Origin: an uncultured Eubacteriales bacterium
GTDB lineage: Bacteria; Acidobacteriota; Aminicenantia; Aminicenantales; UBA8522
Reading direction: 5' to 3'
Assembly: GCA_964576265.1 (NCBI GenBank)
Contig: CAZNVB010000270.1
Span: 4,088-68,087, forward strand
DNA: 64,000 nucleotides
Shown: piece after piece, positions 47,591-57,257 of the stretch
Layout of the letters: each line of letters opens with the position of its first letter
Position numbering within the stretch: the stretch's first letter is position 1
Position numbers and translations under genes: made by a program
Notes under the pieces: model-generated
What the model was told of the DNA's origin: nothing
The model's database searches: none
Seen by the model: the letters and a program-made list of their open reading frames with translations, nothing else

Positions 47591-48943
47591 ATGACGATGG
47601 ACATCCAAAAAATCGGCCAAGAGGCGGTCAAAAAAGCGATCCAAACTGGCGCGGAAGAAGCGGAAGCGGTCATCGAGAACGTCAAGGAGTTCGAAGTCAA
47701 TACCCGGAAGGGCGAGATCGAAATGCTGAAGAAGACCGTCTCTCGGGGACTCGGCCTCAGAGTCTTCATCAATAAACAGCTCGGTTTTTCCTACACATCG
47801 GATTTGTCCCCGGATTCGCTCGCCGAGACGATTCAAAGGACGATCGAACTCGCCAGGATCACCGAGGCAAAGCCCTGGCAGGGCCTGCCGGATTTCGGAC
47901 CTCGGCCGGTCCCCGACCTCGACCTCTACGACCCGGAGATCGGCCGGATTGCCGACGAAAAAAAGATCGCGCTCGCCCGCGAAGCCGAGCGAATCGCCCT
48001 CGCCGAAGACAAGCGTATCACCAACACGGAAGGCGGATTTTTTTCCAGCACCGAGCGCGAAGCGGGGCTTTTTAACTCCAAAGGAATTTCTTATGTTTTT
48101 AAAGAGACGAGCTTCTCCTACGGAGCTTATGTCATCGCCGGCGAGGGCGACAGCATGCAAGGCGACGGCTGGTCAAGCTCAAAGCGTTTTTTTAAAGACC
48201 TCGAGCCGGTCGAGGAGGTGGCCAAGAAGGCCGCCCAAAGAGCCGTGGAAAAGCTCGGAGCGAGGCCGGTGGAAACGAAAAAAGTCCCGGTCGTTTTTGA
48301 CCGCTATGCGGCTCCCTCCTTTTGGATGGGCGTTCTCTCGGCTTTGAGCGGGGACGCCGTTTTCCGGAAAGTCACCTTCATGACCGAGATGCTGGACAAA
48401 GCGATCGCCTCTCCGCTCATCACGATCATCGACGATCCGACGCGGCCGCGATTCATCAGCTCGACGCCCATCGACGGCGAGGGAAACATCACCCGCAAGA
48501 ACGTTATCGTGGACAAGGGCGTTCTCAAACTGTTTTACTACGATTCTCAAACGGCGCGGAAAGCCGGGGTCAAGGTCCCCACCATGGCTCGCCGCTTCGG
48601 CTATAAAAGCGGGCCCTCAGCTGGATTCCTGTGCGTCACCGTCGCCAACGGAACCGATGATCCGGCGTCACTTCTCAAGGACATGAAGGAAGGGCTGCTC
48701 GTCACCGGAATGAGAGGAACGGGGACCGATGTCACAACCGGCGCTTTTTCGGTCGGCTGCAGCGGGTTCTGGATTGCGGACGGCGCCAAGGCTTTTCCGG
48801 TCGACGGAGTAACCCTCGGCGGGACGACGCTCGACATCCTCAAAGGGATCGACAGAGTCGCCAACGACCTCGACCTCCGCGGCAGCCTGAACAGCCCCTC
48901 CTTCCGGGTGGCCGAAATCACCGTCGGCGGGAAAAAAGCCTGA
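47591..48943 (+). CDS. pmbA: PmbA/TldE family protein (TldD partner)
   Basis: Homologous fold lacking the HExxH motif. It lies immediately downstream of tldD. Confidence 0.65.
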   Translation: MTMDIQKIGQEAVKKAIQTGAEEAEAVIENVKEFEVNTRKGEIEMLKKTVSRGLGLRVFINKQLGFSYTSDLSPDSLAETIQRTIELARITEAKPWQGLPDFGPRPVPDLDLYDPEIGRIADEKKIALAREAERIALAEDKRITNTEGGFFSSTEREAGLFNSKGISYVFKETSFSYGAYVIAGEGDSMQGDGWSSSKRFFKDLEPVEEVAKKAAQRAVEKLGARPVETKKVPVVFDRYAAPSFWMGVLSALSGDAVFRKVTFMTEMLDKAIASPLITIIDDPTRPRFISSTPIDGEGNITRKNVIVDKGVLKLFYYDSQTARKAGVKVPTMARRFGYKSGPSAGFLCVTVANGTDDPASLLKDMKEGLLVTGMRGTGTDVTTGAFSVGCSGFWIADGAKAFPVDGVTLGGTTLDILKGIDRVANDLDLRGSLNSPSFRVAEITVGGKKA

Positions 48944-49072
48944 CTTTTTCGGAAAAAGGCGACCATTCAAATTTGCTTTCCTTCCGTTTCCTTAGCTACG
49001 AGTGAACTCCCCGTTTTAAATCGGCTATAATAAGGCGGTCAGGCTGAATCTTCTCAGGAGGTTCGACAAGCG

Positions 49073-51217
49073 ATGAAACAGCTAATCGTCCTTGTTTTTT
49101 CCATCACTCTGGCTATTGCCGAAGGTTTTTTCCTTCCCCGCGGCGATGTCAGCGAGCAGACAAAAACTTCCCTTCCGCCGGCGGCCGACAATCCCTTTTT
49201 CAAGCCCTACCGGACTCCCTTTAACGTTCCGCCTTTCCATCTCATCAAGAACGAGCATTTCCTGCCGGCTATCGAAGAGGGGATCAAGCGCGAGGAAGCG
49301 GAAATCGAGGCCATTGTGAAGAATCCCGCCCCGCCCTCCTTCGAGAACACGATCGCCGCCCTGGATCATGCCGGCATTTTCCTGGACGAGGTCACCGCCG
49401 TGTTTTCGTCTCTGCAGAGCGCCCACACCAACAAAGAAATCCAGGCACTGGCACGAAAGACGGCTCCCCTGCTGGCTGCCCACAGGGACAATATCTCGCT
49501 CAACGAGAAGCTTTTTCAGCGCATCAAGACCGTCTATGATCAGCGCCAAAACCTGAACCTCGACCGCGACGAGCTCTACCTTCTCGAGAATACCTACCGG
49601 GACTTCGTCCGTTCCGGAGCCCTGTTGGACGAGAAACAGAAAGCCCGGCTGAGAGAATTAAACCAGGAACTGTCGTTGCTCAGCGTGAAATTCGGGGATA
49701 ACGTCCTGGCCGAGACGAACGCATTCCAGCTGATCATCGAGGACAAGACGGACCTGGCTGGACTCCCGGCCTCGGTTGTCGCCATGGCCGCCGAAGCTGC
49801 CAGGCAGGCGGGGCTCGAAGGAAAATGGGTCTTCACCATCCAGGTTCCGAGCCTCATTCCGTTTCTTCAATATTCGGAGAAACGGGAGCTTCGGGAAAAG
49901 CTTTTCCGGGCCTACATCATGAAGGGTGATCAGGGAAACGAATACGACAACAAAGAAAATGTCAAGAGGATCATCGCTCTTCGCCAGGAAAGAGCGAAAC
50001 TTCTAGGCTATCAAACCCATGCCCATTTTGTCCTGGAGAAAAACATGGCCAAAAATCCGGACACGGTGAACGCCTTCCTCATGAAGCTCTGGGAGCCGGC
50101 TTTGGCCAAAGCCAAATCCGAGGCGGCGGCGCTTCAAGCCCTGATCGACCGAGAGGGCGGCGGCTTCAAGCTCGCTCCCTGGGATTGGTGGTATTACACC
50201 GAGAAGCTGCGCCAGGAAAAATATGCCCTTGACGACACGGCCCTGCGGCCTTACTTCAAGCTCGAAAACGTCCGTCAGGGCATCTTCAATCTCTGCGGGA
50301 AGCTTTACGGCTTGACATTCGTCGAGCAACCCAATCTGCCCCGGTACCATCCCGATGTCCAGGTTTATGAAGTGAAAGAGGCAGACGGCCGTCACCTCGG
50401 TCTCCTGTTTATGGATTTCCATCCGCGCGAGAGCAAACGCGGAGGTGCCTGGTCCGGCGCTTTCCGGCGCTCGTACTACGAGCAGGGAAAACGGGTCCCT
50501 CCTCTGGCCACGATTGTCTGCAACTTCACTCGACCGACCGCCGACAGCCCTTCTCTTCTCAGTGCCGACGAAGCGACAACGTTCTTCCATGAGTTCGGAC
50601 ATGCTCTGGCGACGCTGTTTTCCCAAAGCCGCTATCGCAGCCGTTTCCTAGCCCGAGATTCGGTCGAGCTCCCTTCCCAGATCATGGAGCATTGGGTTTT
50701 TGAACCGGCGCTTCTCGCGGAATACGCCAAACATTATCAAAGGGGAGAGATCATTCCGACGGAACTCGTTGAAAGGATCGAAAAGAGCAAGCTCTTTAAC
50801 CAGGGTTTCATCACCGGCGAGTACCTCGCGGCCTCGATCCTGGACATGGCCTGGCACTCTCTTCTCGCGACAGCGGATATAGACGTTAATGCCTTCGAAA
50901 AGAGCGTCATGGATAAGATCGGTCTGATTCCGGAAATTGTGCCCCGCTACCGAAGTACCTATTTCAACCACATCTTCAGCGGCGGTTATGCCGCCGGTTA
51001 CTATTCCTACATCTGGTCGGAGGTGCTGGACTCAGACGCCTACGAAGCCTTCAAGGCAAAGGGAATTTTCGATCGGGCCACGGCTCTCTCCTTCCGGAAA
51101 AACATTCTTGAGCCTTTCGGGACAGAGGAGATCGGGATCCAATACCGGCGTTTTCGCGGCGCCGACCCGAAAATCGAGCCGTTGCTCCGCAACCGCGGCC
51201 TGGAGGTCAAGGACTGA
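49073..51217 (+). CDS. secreted M3 family zinc peptidase (peptidyl-dipeptidase Dcp / oligopeptidase A-like)
   Basis: Signal peptide, the HEFGH motif (TFFHEFGHAL), and M3 length and blocks. Confidence 0.75.
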   Translation: MKQLIVLVFSITLAIAEGFFLPRGDVSEQTKTSLPPAADNPFFKPYRTPFNVPPFHLIKNEHFLPAIEEGIKREEAEIEAIVKNPAPPSFENTIAALDHAGIFLDEVTAVFSSLQSAHTNKEIQALARKTAPLLAAHRDNISLNEKLFQRIKTVYDQRQNLNLDRDELYLLENTYRDFVRSGALLDEKQKARLRELNQELSLLSVKFGDNVLAETNAFQLIIEDKTDLAGLPASVVAMAAEAARQAGLEGKWVFTIQVPSLIPFLQYSEKRELREKLFRAYIMKGDQGNEYDNKENVKRIIALRQERAKLLGYQTHAHFVLEKNMAKNPDTVNAFLMKLWEPALAKAKSEAAALQALIDREGGGFKLAPWDWWYYTEKLRQEKYALDDTALRPYFKLENVRQGIFNLCGKLYGLTFVEQPNLPRYHPDVQVYEVKEADGRHLGLLFMDFHPRESKRGGAWSGAFRRSYYEQGKRVPPLATIVCNFTRPTADSPSLLSADEATTFFHEFGHALATLFSQSRYRSRFLARDSVELPSQIMEHWVFEPALLAEYAKHYQRGEIIPTELVERIEKSKLFNQGFITGEYLAASILDMAWHSLLATADIDVNAFEKSVMDKIGLIPEIVPRYRSTYFNHIFSGGYAAGYYSYIWSEVLDSDAYEAFKAKGIFDRATALSFRKNILEPFGTEEIGIQYRRFRGADPKIEPLLRNRGLEVKD

Positions 51218-51424
51218 AGGCCCGATTAGCACCAAAACTCAGACCTTAAAGATCTCAGTCTGGATCGCCAGACCTGTCCATGTTCGGTCGCTCGGCCGCT
51301 TGTGTTTAGATATTCCTGAATCCCTCCTCTCCATCAGGGAAGCGACTCCTCCGCCAGCCCGCCCTTGAGAATGAGAATAAGAAAATGTTATAAAAGAAAA
51401 AGAGCTTGGGCCTGCGGGTGAATC

Positions 51425-52456
51425 ATGATGGCCTTGACAAGGAGAAAATTCTTGGACCGAGGGCTGCTCCTTGCCGGAGCCGCAGCCCTCGGTCCAGGCG
51501 TTCTCGGCATGATTCGGCCGACGATCCCTCGGCCGAATGAAGATCCCGCCACCTATCCTTCTTATCTCGGCCTTGAAAAATCCGGCGAGCTCGCCAGGAG
51601 GGCTGAAAAACTGAGGGCTATCTTCGAAAATTGCCACCTCTGTCCCCGCGATTGCCGGGTCAACCGACTCAAAGGCGAGACCGGAGTTTGTCGAGCGACG
51701 GCCCGGGTCAAGATTTCGAGCGCCTTCCCTCATTTCGGAGAAGAGCGTCCGCTGGTAGGGAAGAACGGTTCGGGAACAATCTTTTTCTCCAATTGCGGCC
51801 TGCGCTGCATTTATTGCCAGAACTACACCATCAGCCTTGAGGGTCAAGGCGTGGAAATCACTGACGATCAGCTGGCCGAGACGATGCTTCAGGTCCAGGA
51901 TTTCGGCTGCCACAACATCAACCTCGTGACGCCTACTCATTATGTGCCGAACATCGTCCGAGCGGTCGAAATCGCCTGCCGGCGCGGACTGAAGATCCCG
52001 CTTGTTTACAATACCGGCGGCTATGAAAACCTTGAGGTGCTCAGGCTTCTCGAAGGCATCGTGGATATCTACATGCCTGACCTCAAATACATGAACGCAG
52101 AGTTGGCGGCCAAATATTCATCCGGAGCCTATAATTACCCTCATTATGCCAAGCTCGCCGTCAAAGAGATGCACCGCCAGGTCGGGGAACTCAGCTTTAA
52201 CGACCGCGGAATCGCCCGGCGAGGCGTCATCCTCAGGCATCTCATCCTGCCGCAAAAAATCTCAGGAACCGAGGAGTTCATCAAGTTCGTGGTCAACGAG
52301 CTCTCTCCCCGGACCTACGTCAACCTGATGGGCCAGTACCGACCCGAATACCAGGCCAAAGAATATCGGGAACTCAATCGAAGAATCACCCGCGATGAAT
52401 ACCAGCAAGCCCTGACTTGGGCCCGTCGCTACGGCCTAACCCGCCTCGATCACTAA
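51425..52456 (+). CDS. radical SAM protein (PflA / glycyl-radical-activase-like core) with a twin-arginine-like N-terminal leader
   Basis: The CGLRCIYCQN CxxxCxxC cluster is present, with an extra N-terminal CHLCPRDC...C cluster. The N-terminus TRRKFLDRGLLLAGAAALG is Tat-like. Confidence 0.55.
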   Translation: MMALTRRKFLDRGLLLAGAAALGPGVLGMIRPTIPRPNEDPATYPSYLGLEKSGELARRAEKLRAIFENCHLCPRDCRVNRLKGETGVCRATARVKISSAFPHFGEERPLVGKNGSGTIFFSNCGLRCIYCQNYTISLEGQGVEITDDQLAETMLQVQDFGCHNINLVTPTHYVPNIVRAVEIACRRGLKIPLVYNTGGYENLEVLRLLEGIVDIYMPDLKYMNAELAAKYSSGAYNYPHYAKLAVKEMHRQVGELSFNDRGIARRGVILRHLILPQKISGTEEFIKFVVNELSPRTYVNLMGQYRPEYQAKEYRELNRRITRDEYQQALTWARRYGLTRLDH

Positions 52457-52602
52457 AGCTGGAAAGTTTCGCGTCCCTTTCTTTTCCGTCATATAAGCTG
52501 AGATTTCTTCGTTCGCAATGACAATTTTCCACGTGGAAATCCCGCGTCTTCATCGAATTCGCTGTCGTCCGGCGGTTTGTTGTAAAATATCGAGATCGGA
52601 GT

Positions 52603-54435
52603 ATGCCGATGAGAAAACACACAGGACGGCGTCGTTCCTCTGTCCGATTGCGGGCTCAATCCTCAGGATCCGCCCCGACTCAGGAAATCTCTCCCACTCC
52701 GACATCAAGGACTTCCCCTGCCTCTCCGTGCGCGCCGTCTACGATTCTCTCGTCCGCCGATGCCGGCTCGGCGTTCGGAACTCGTTCTGAGCACTCCTGT
52801 CTTTCATCCGACTCGACTCCTGTCCAATCTCCCGCCTGCCGTTCCGCCCGCTCTCCGCTTCCGGGCATCGAGATCAACCCCGAATTCCGCCGCGCCCTCG
52901 ACATCATGGAGACGACCGGCCGCCACATCTTCATCACCGGCAAGGCGGGCACTGGAAAATCCACCCTCCTCGCTTATTTTCGCAATACGACCCGCAAGAA
53001 GGTCGCCGTCCTGGCGCCGACCGGCGTCGCCGCTCTTAACGTCCTCGGTCAGACCATCCACTCGTTCTGCCGGTTCAAACCCGACATCACCCTCGACAAG
53101 GTCAAAAAGGTCTCGGAGAGGGGCGCCGCGCTCTATAAAAATCTTGACGCCGTGATCATCGACGAGATTTCCATGGTTCGGGCCGACCTTCTCGACTGCG
53201 TCGAGAAGTTCCTCCGGCTTAACGGTCCGCACCCGAGAAAGCCCTTCGGCGGCCTGCAGATGATTTTCATCGGCGACCTCTACCAGCTCCCGCCGGTGGT
53301 GACCTCCACCGAGCAGAAGATCTTCGCCTTCCAATACGAGACCCCGTATTTTTTCTCCTCTCACATCTTCAACGACCCGAAGTTCGATATGGAATTCGTC
53401 GAGCTCGAAAAAATCTATCGACAGACAGAGCGGAATTTCATCGAGCTCCTCAACGCCATTCGCAACCGCTCCGTAACGGAAGACGATATCGGCCGGCTCA
53501 ACCGCCGCTTCGATCCCAAATTCATTCCTCCCGACGATGAATTCTATATTTACCTCACCAGCACCAACGATCTCGCCTATACGAGAAACCAGGAAAAATT
53601 GACCCAGCTTCCCGGAAAGACGTATCGCTATCAGGGATTTCGCAGGGGCGAGTTTGACGCCTCCCACCTGCCGACCGACGAAGTCCTCGAGCTCAAGCCG
53701 GGCGCCCAGGTAATGATGGTCAACAACGATTCTAACGGCCGATGGGTGAACGGCTCGCTCGGCCGGATCACCGGCATCGAGAGGGTGCCGGGCTCGCCCG
53801 ACATCCTGATCGTGGAGCTCCAGGACGGTCTCGAGGTCGAAGTCGAGCCTTACACCTGGGAGCTCTTCAGACTGGACTTCGACGAGCGCGCCGGAAAGCT
53901 CGTCAGCGAGACGATCGGTTCGTTCACCCAATACCCGCTGCGGCTGGCCTGGGCGATCACGATCCACAAAAGTCAGGGGAAGACATTCGACAAAGTCGTC
54001 ATCGACATCGGCCGCGGCACCTTCGCCCATGGTCAAGTCTACGTCGCTTTGAGCCGATGCACGAACTTCCAGGGGATCGTCCTCAGAAAAGAGATCCGTA
54101 AGCCGCATATCCGCATGGATTGGCGGGTCGTCAAGTTTCTCACCCGCTATCAATACCGGAAGGCCGACGAAAAGCTGTCCTATGCGGACAAGCTCGCCCT
54201 GATCCGGGAGGCGATCCGGACCGGCCAAGATCTGGAGATCGTCTATCTTAAAACCGACGACACCAAGACGCGGCGCCGCATCCGACCCGAGGCGATCGAG
54301 CGGATGGAGTACATGGGAAAGGAGTTCGAGGGAGTGCGCGCCTACTGCTTCAAGCGCGGCGAGGAACGCAACTTCCGCATCGATCGGATGCTCGAGGTCA
54401 AACCTGCGCCTCCCTTAGGAGGACGCAATAAATAG
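52603..54435 (+). CDS. Pif1-family (RecD-like SF1B) DNA helicase with N-terminal Ser/Pro-rich disordered tail and C-terminal WYL domain
   Basis: Walker A is ITGKAGTGKST and Walker B is IIDEISMV. Motifs GDLYQLPPV and ITIHKSQG are Pif1 blocks. The C-terminus IVYLKTDDTKTRRRIRPE...VRAYCFKRGEERNFRIDRML matches the WYL consensus. The first 90 aa or so are S/P/T-rich. Confidence 0.7.
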   Translation: MPMRKHTGRRRSSVRLRAQSSGSAPTQEISPTPTSRTSPASPCAPSTILSSADAGSAFGTRSEHSCLSSDSTPVQSPACRSARSPLPGIEINPEFRRALDIMETTGRHIFITGKAGTGKSTLLAYFRNTTRKKVAVLAPTGVAALNVLGQTIHSFCRFKPDITLDKVKKVSERGAALYKNLDAVIIDEISMVRADLLDCVEKFLRLNGPHPRKPFGGLQMIFIGDLYQLPPVVTSTEQKIFAFQYETPYFFSSHIFNDPKFDMEFVELEKIYRQTERNFIELLNAIRNRSVTEDDIGRLNRRFDPKFIPPDDEFYIYLTSTNDLAYTRNQEKLTQLPGKTYRYQGFRRGEFDASHLPTDEVLELKPGAQVMMVNNDSNGRWVNGSLGRITGIERVPGSPDILIVELQDGLEVEVEPYTWELFRLDFDERAGKLVSETIGSFTQYPLRLAWAITIHKSQGKTFDKVVIDIGRGTFAHGQVYVALSRCTNFQGIVLRKEIRKPHIRMDWRVVKFLTRYQYRKADEKLSYADKLALIREAIRTGQDLEIVYLKTDDTKTRRRIRPEAIERMEYMGKEFEGVRAYCFKRGEERNFRIDRMLEVKPAPPLGGRNK

Positions 54436-54784
54436 CGCACTAAATTCGCCTCAAAATAATTTCACCCCTTTCACCAATTACGTCTGGCCTCATTCGCGAG
54501 TGGAAGCGGCTTTCGAACCCGTCATGTCTAATCCGCCAATTTTGTGAATTACGTATGCTTTCCCCTTGTCCTCATCCTCCCCCTTAAATCACGATTTGTC
54601 CTATCTTTTCCCTCGCCTCATTCTCCTTCTTAGCGATGGGCGTCTTTTTGATATATCACCTCTGGAAAACGATGATCTTTTTCCCACCATACTTAAAGCG
54701 CAGAGAATTCGATCCCTCCTCTCTCGATATCTGAAATAACCCTTGAAATCGCCTCGAGAGTGTCCAGGTCTGCCGGATTCTGGC

Positions 54785-55987
54785 CTAGGAGTCGTCTTTG
54801 AGTGTCACCGTCCAGCGCTTTTCCATGCGGAGGAACGCCTGAATGCGATCGACCATCTCGCCCGTCCATCTCCCCTCGGTCATGGCTTTCTCCAGCGCCG
54901 GCGGATCGAGCGTCGATACCTCGTCCCACACGCCGGTCGCTTTGAGTTCCCTCTCCAGTGCCTCGCGCTCCTCGCTTCCCTTGGCCGGCGAAACAAGTCG
55001 CTCCTTTCCCGTTACGCGCAACCTCGCGTCCGTGCCGGCGATGACTTGGACGCCTTCCCTCTCGGCGAAATTGATCGCCGCCTCTCTGATTTCTTCGAGT
55101 TCCGCTTCGACCGCCTTCACCTCCGCTTCGAGTTCCCGCTTCTTCCGCCAGCGCTCGGCGTAAGCGTCCACGATCACCACACCCGGCTCATCTTTCCATC
55201 GCTCCTTCGGCAAAGCTTCAACTTTCACCAGGTGCTTTTTCGCCGGGCACAGATCCCAATACGAGCACCAATCGCAGAGCGCCGATTCGTGCGGGGCGAA
55301 CTCCCGCTCCGCCTCGATCCGATCGATGAGCTCGGCGATTTCGCGTCTCAACCGCTCGAGCGCCTCAGGAGTCCGGCGCGACCTCATCTCTATGTCAAAG
55401 GCCACATAGTGCCAGACGAGTCGGATCTCCTTCGCTTCGGGCCAGAGCGTCTGGACCCCGATCTGATAAAGGCCGAGCTGACGGTCGCGATCGACTTCGC
55501 TCTGCTCCGGAAGGCTGGAGCTCGTCTTGTAATCATGGATCTCGATGGCTCCGTCGGGAGCGAGCATCAGGCGGTCGATGATCCCCTTGCAGTGGTAGCG
55601 TCCCGAACCGTCGAGCGGAAACCGGATGTGGCGCTCGAGACCGATCACCCGGCCCTCAGCGAACGGGTAGTGCCGCTTATAATAGTCCTCGATAAAGCGC
55701 CGCCCCAGCATTCGATAATCGTCCTTTGTCCGATCTTTTCGGCAGATTTTGATTTTGTCATGCCAATTTTCTTCCCATGTCTTTTCATAAAAGGTCAACA
55801 GCTCCTCAAGCGGGATGATGCGGAAAGCGCGCTGGCGATAGAGCCATTCCATCGCCTCATGGAAGCGCTGGCCAAGGAAGGCCTCGACGCCTTCTTCCAA
55901 GCGCTTGATCTTATCGATATAGATGAGCCTGTACTGAAGCGCGCAGTCCTCAAATGTCCCGAGCTGCGAAATCGAGTATTCCGGCAT
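54785..55987 (-). CDS. PD-(D/E)XK (RecB/Cas4-like) nuclease family protein with C-terminal Cys cluster and 130-aa charged extension
   Basis: DxK-type motifs (IDRLML...IHDYKT) are present, with a CDWCSYWDLC cluster. It is convergent with the helicase. Confidence 0.55.
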   Translation of the reverse strand: MPEYSISQLGTFEDCALQYRLIYIDKIKRLEEGVEAFLGQRFHEAMEWLYRQRAFRIIPLEELLTFYEKTWEENWHDKIKICRKDRTKDDYRMLGRRFIEDYYKRHYPFAEGRVIGLERHIRFPLDGSGRYHCKGIIDRLMLAPDGAIEIHDYKTSSSLPEQSEVDRDRQLGLYQIGVQTLWPEAKEIRLVWHYVAFDIEMRSRRTPEALERLRREIAELIDRIEAEREFAPHESALCDWCSYWDLCPAKKHLVKVEALPKERWKDEPGVVIVDAYAERWRKKRELEAEVKAVEAELEEIREAAINFAEREGVQVIAGTDARLRVTGKERLVSPAKGSEEREALERELKATGVWDEVSTLDPPALEKAMTEGRWTGEMVDRIQAFLRMEKRWTVTLKDDS

Positions 55988-56204
55988 GGTCAGACCCCTG
56001 ATCGGCGCACGCCCATTTCCTTTTTATCATACCATCTCGTCGGGCCGAAAGAAATTGGCGCTGGAAGCCGGCGAGCACCTCGTTCTGTGGGTAGACCTCC
56101 TTGCTCTTTATAGACAAGTTTTGCCTTAGCGATGACGTCCCGAATTCAGCGCCTCCCTCTCATCAAACGGGGTCAGGTCTTGACAATGAACAAAAAAGCC
56201 GGAT

Positions 56205-56636
56205 TTAGACGAGCGGATTCCGGACCTTGATGCCCGCGAAGCGACTGAAATCGCGGTCGATCGTCCAGATCTCGCTTGCGCCGTGCTGGATACAGATCGC
56301 AGCCACCCTCGCGTCATGAACCCTTGGGCCCGCGATGTGGCCAGCGCGCAGGAGAGAATTTAGCCGAACCCAGTGATCCTCGGATTCGGTGAGGAGGACA
56401 AGGCTGGGCGATTCAAACCAAGCTTCGACTTGGTCAATGGCCTTCTCCAGAGGAGTCGGCGGATCGTATATTCGCGGGTGGGTCACAATCGCCAGAAATT
56501 CATGGAGGCACGGCCAAGGAATCGCCCAGGCCCGGCGGCTCTCGGCGAGGCCAACCAGGCAAGCGTATGCAGCACTGTGCCACGGAGAATCTTCCCGATG
56601 AGCATAGACCAGGAGGTTGCTGTCTACGGCGATCAT
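56205..56636 (-). CDS. vapC: type II toxin-antitoxin system VapC-family PIN-domain toxin
   Basis: PIN acidic residues are present (MIAVDSNLLVYA...ESEDHW...TIDRDF). Its ATGA overlaps the upstream antitoxin. Confidence 0.7.
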   Translation of the reverse strand: MIAVDSNLLVYAHREDSPWHSAAYACLVGLAESRRAWAIPWPCLHEFLAIVTHPRIYDPPTPLEKAIDQVEAWFESPSLVLLTESEDHWVRLNSLLRAGHIAGPRVHDARVAAICIQHGASEIWTIDRDFSRFAGIKVRNPLV

Positions 56637-56896
56637 CCGCCCCGCCCTTCATATCCGATGTCCAGAATCTGGTCCCAGGTTGCACCGGCCAAGTGAGGCT
56701 GCAGACCGCGTCCTCTGAAGGTGGCTTTGCGGAGACGGAAGCTTTGTTTCCGACGCCGGCCGCGCTCGGAAATCAGTCTGCGCAGCCCTTCTTCAACCAG
56801 AGCCCTGAGGGTGGTGTGCTCCTGTCTTGCGATCCGGCGGGCTTGATGAAGAAGGCTATCGGCAATCTGTATTGTTGTTTTCATGTTGCTAACCAT
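56633..56896 (-). CDS. vapB: VapB-family antitoxin
   Basis: MKTTIQIADSLLHQARRIA-type N-terminus. The true start is possibly M5, at 56884. Confidence 0.6.
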   Translation of the reverse strand: MVSNMKTTIQIADSLLHQARRIARQEHTTLRALVEEGLRRLISERGRRRKQSFRLRKATFRGRGLQPHLAGATWDQILDIGYEGRGG

Positions 56897-57031
56897 ATCA
56901 CAATGCGCGTTTTCCTGTCAAGAGATCCATGTCGGCATTTCAACCGGGCTTCCCATGAGTTTCTCCGCCGGCTCCCAATGCTTCGCCGGTAAGGATATGG
57001 TTCTTTGGACGACTTCGGCTGAAAATGCCGT

Positions 57032-57060
57032 TTGACAAGGCCGCTCGCTTTGCCTAAAAT
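57032..57060 (+). promoter_or_regulatory. near-consensus sigma70 promoter TTGACA, 17-nt spacer, TAAAAT, giving a leader of about 190 nt before the kinase-NTase gene
   Basis: The -35 is at 57032-57037 and the -10 at 57055-57060. The RBS AAGGAGG at 57246-57252 precedes the GTG at 57258. Confidence 0.5.
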
Positions 57061-57257
57061 TCCCCTCCGCCCTTGATCATTCCGTCATTGATCCATGGTC
57101 ACTCAGATATAGAGACTGTGTCGCAGCGTCACGATGAGAGAGCAAGGCGTTCCAATCAATCGGATCAGGCGTGGACCAGAAAGATGATTTCCGCCCTTCC
57201 GGCGGTCTCTCTTGATGAGACATCGCCATGGCGACACAACCTCGTAAGGAGGCGGGA

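Noticed and set aside
48944-48965. Hairpin CTTTTTCGGAAAAAG right after the pmbA stop as an intrinsic terminator
   Set aside because: The stem is entirely A/T with no trailing U-run, and the next gene carries its own promoter-like TATAAT. It is too weak to call.
54436-54784. Treating the AT-rich pyrimidine-skewed spacer as a confirmed ncRNA gene
   Set aside because: Only compositional skew is visible. I saw no convincing conserved stem-loops or a promoter/terminator pair, so I kept it as an observation within the helicase/nuclease finding rather than a feature.
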